Shown in pieces: positions 63,600 through 64,000 of a stretch of DNA of 64,000 nt. The stretch's first letter is position 1. Every line of letters begins with the position of its first letter. Position numbers and translations under genes: made by a program. The notes beneath the pieces were generated by a model. It was not told the DNA's origin. It worked only from the letters and a program-made list of their open reading frames with translations, and did not search any database. Source of the stretch: Mobula hypostoma (lineage: Eukaryota); the NCBI RefSeq assembly GCF_963921235.1, contig NC_086105.1, positions 14,198,001-14,262,000 on the forward strand, given 5' to 3'.

Positions 63600-64000
63600 A
63601 GGGACTCAGCAAGTCAGGCAACACCTATCAAGGGCAATGAGGACAATGAATGTTTTGGGCAAGACCCTTCATGTGGACTGAAAGAGAAGTGGGGGGATAG
63701 TCAATATAAAGAGGTGAGAGAGAGGGCGGGGCAAGGGCTAGCAAGCAGTAGGTGGATCCAGATGTGGAGATGCTGCTTTCAGATGGAATCAGGTGAGCGG
63801 GCGGATAGGAACTTGTGACAAAGTTTGGGAGGTGACGGGTAGAAGCAACAAAGGACTACAGATGATGGAAAGGAAGGGGGAGCATGAAACCAAATAAAGA
63901 AGGTAGGGTGGATAGGTGGAAGCAGTGGGGGGTTGGGGGGAGGATGTGTGGGTGATGGGTAGATAGAGTAGGTGGAGAAGAGACAGAAACTGTTGATTGG
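63600..64000 (-). mobile_element. Degenerate Penelope tail running off the window
   Basis: actcagcaagtcaggcaac...gacccttc followed by a purine-rich tract. Confidence 0.55.

Overview
Vertebrate genomic DNA, very probably a cartilaginous fish (ray/shark); this is inferred from the CR1, Penelope, Rex1/Babar, L1 and V-SINE repeat landscape. The only host coding sequence I can support is the last coding exon of LIN7A (6538-6744, + strand). Its stop codon is followed directly by a GT donor, and a probable non-coding 3'UTR exon begins near 15601. The rest is intronic or intergenic and dense with transposons: CR1, L1, L2 and Rex/Babar LINEs, Penelope-like elements (PLEs), a Gypsy solo LTR, an RT-less Gypsy element, Tigger/Tc1/hAT MITEs, a Chapaev-like fragment and tRNA-SINEs. 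The most interesting signals are at the RNA level. (1) A TSD-flanked 562-bp non-coding RTE-type retroelement (25137-25698, - strand) whose 5' end folds into a complete HDV-like double-pseudoknot ribozyme with an unusual hairpin-expanded L3 loop. (2) About 15 minimal hammerhead ribozyme motifs carried by Penelope tails, two of them intact. (3) Several tiny fold-back Penelope-tail insertions with 13-14-bp TSDs. Almost all ORFs in the supplied track are transposon remnants or spurious.
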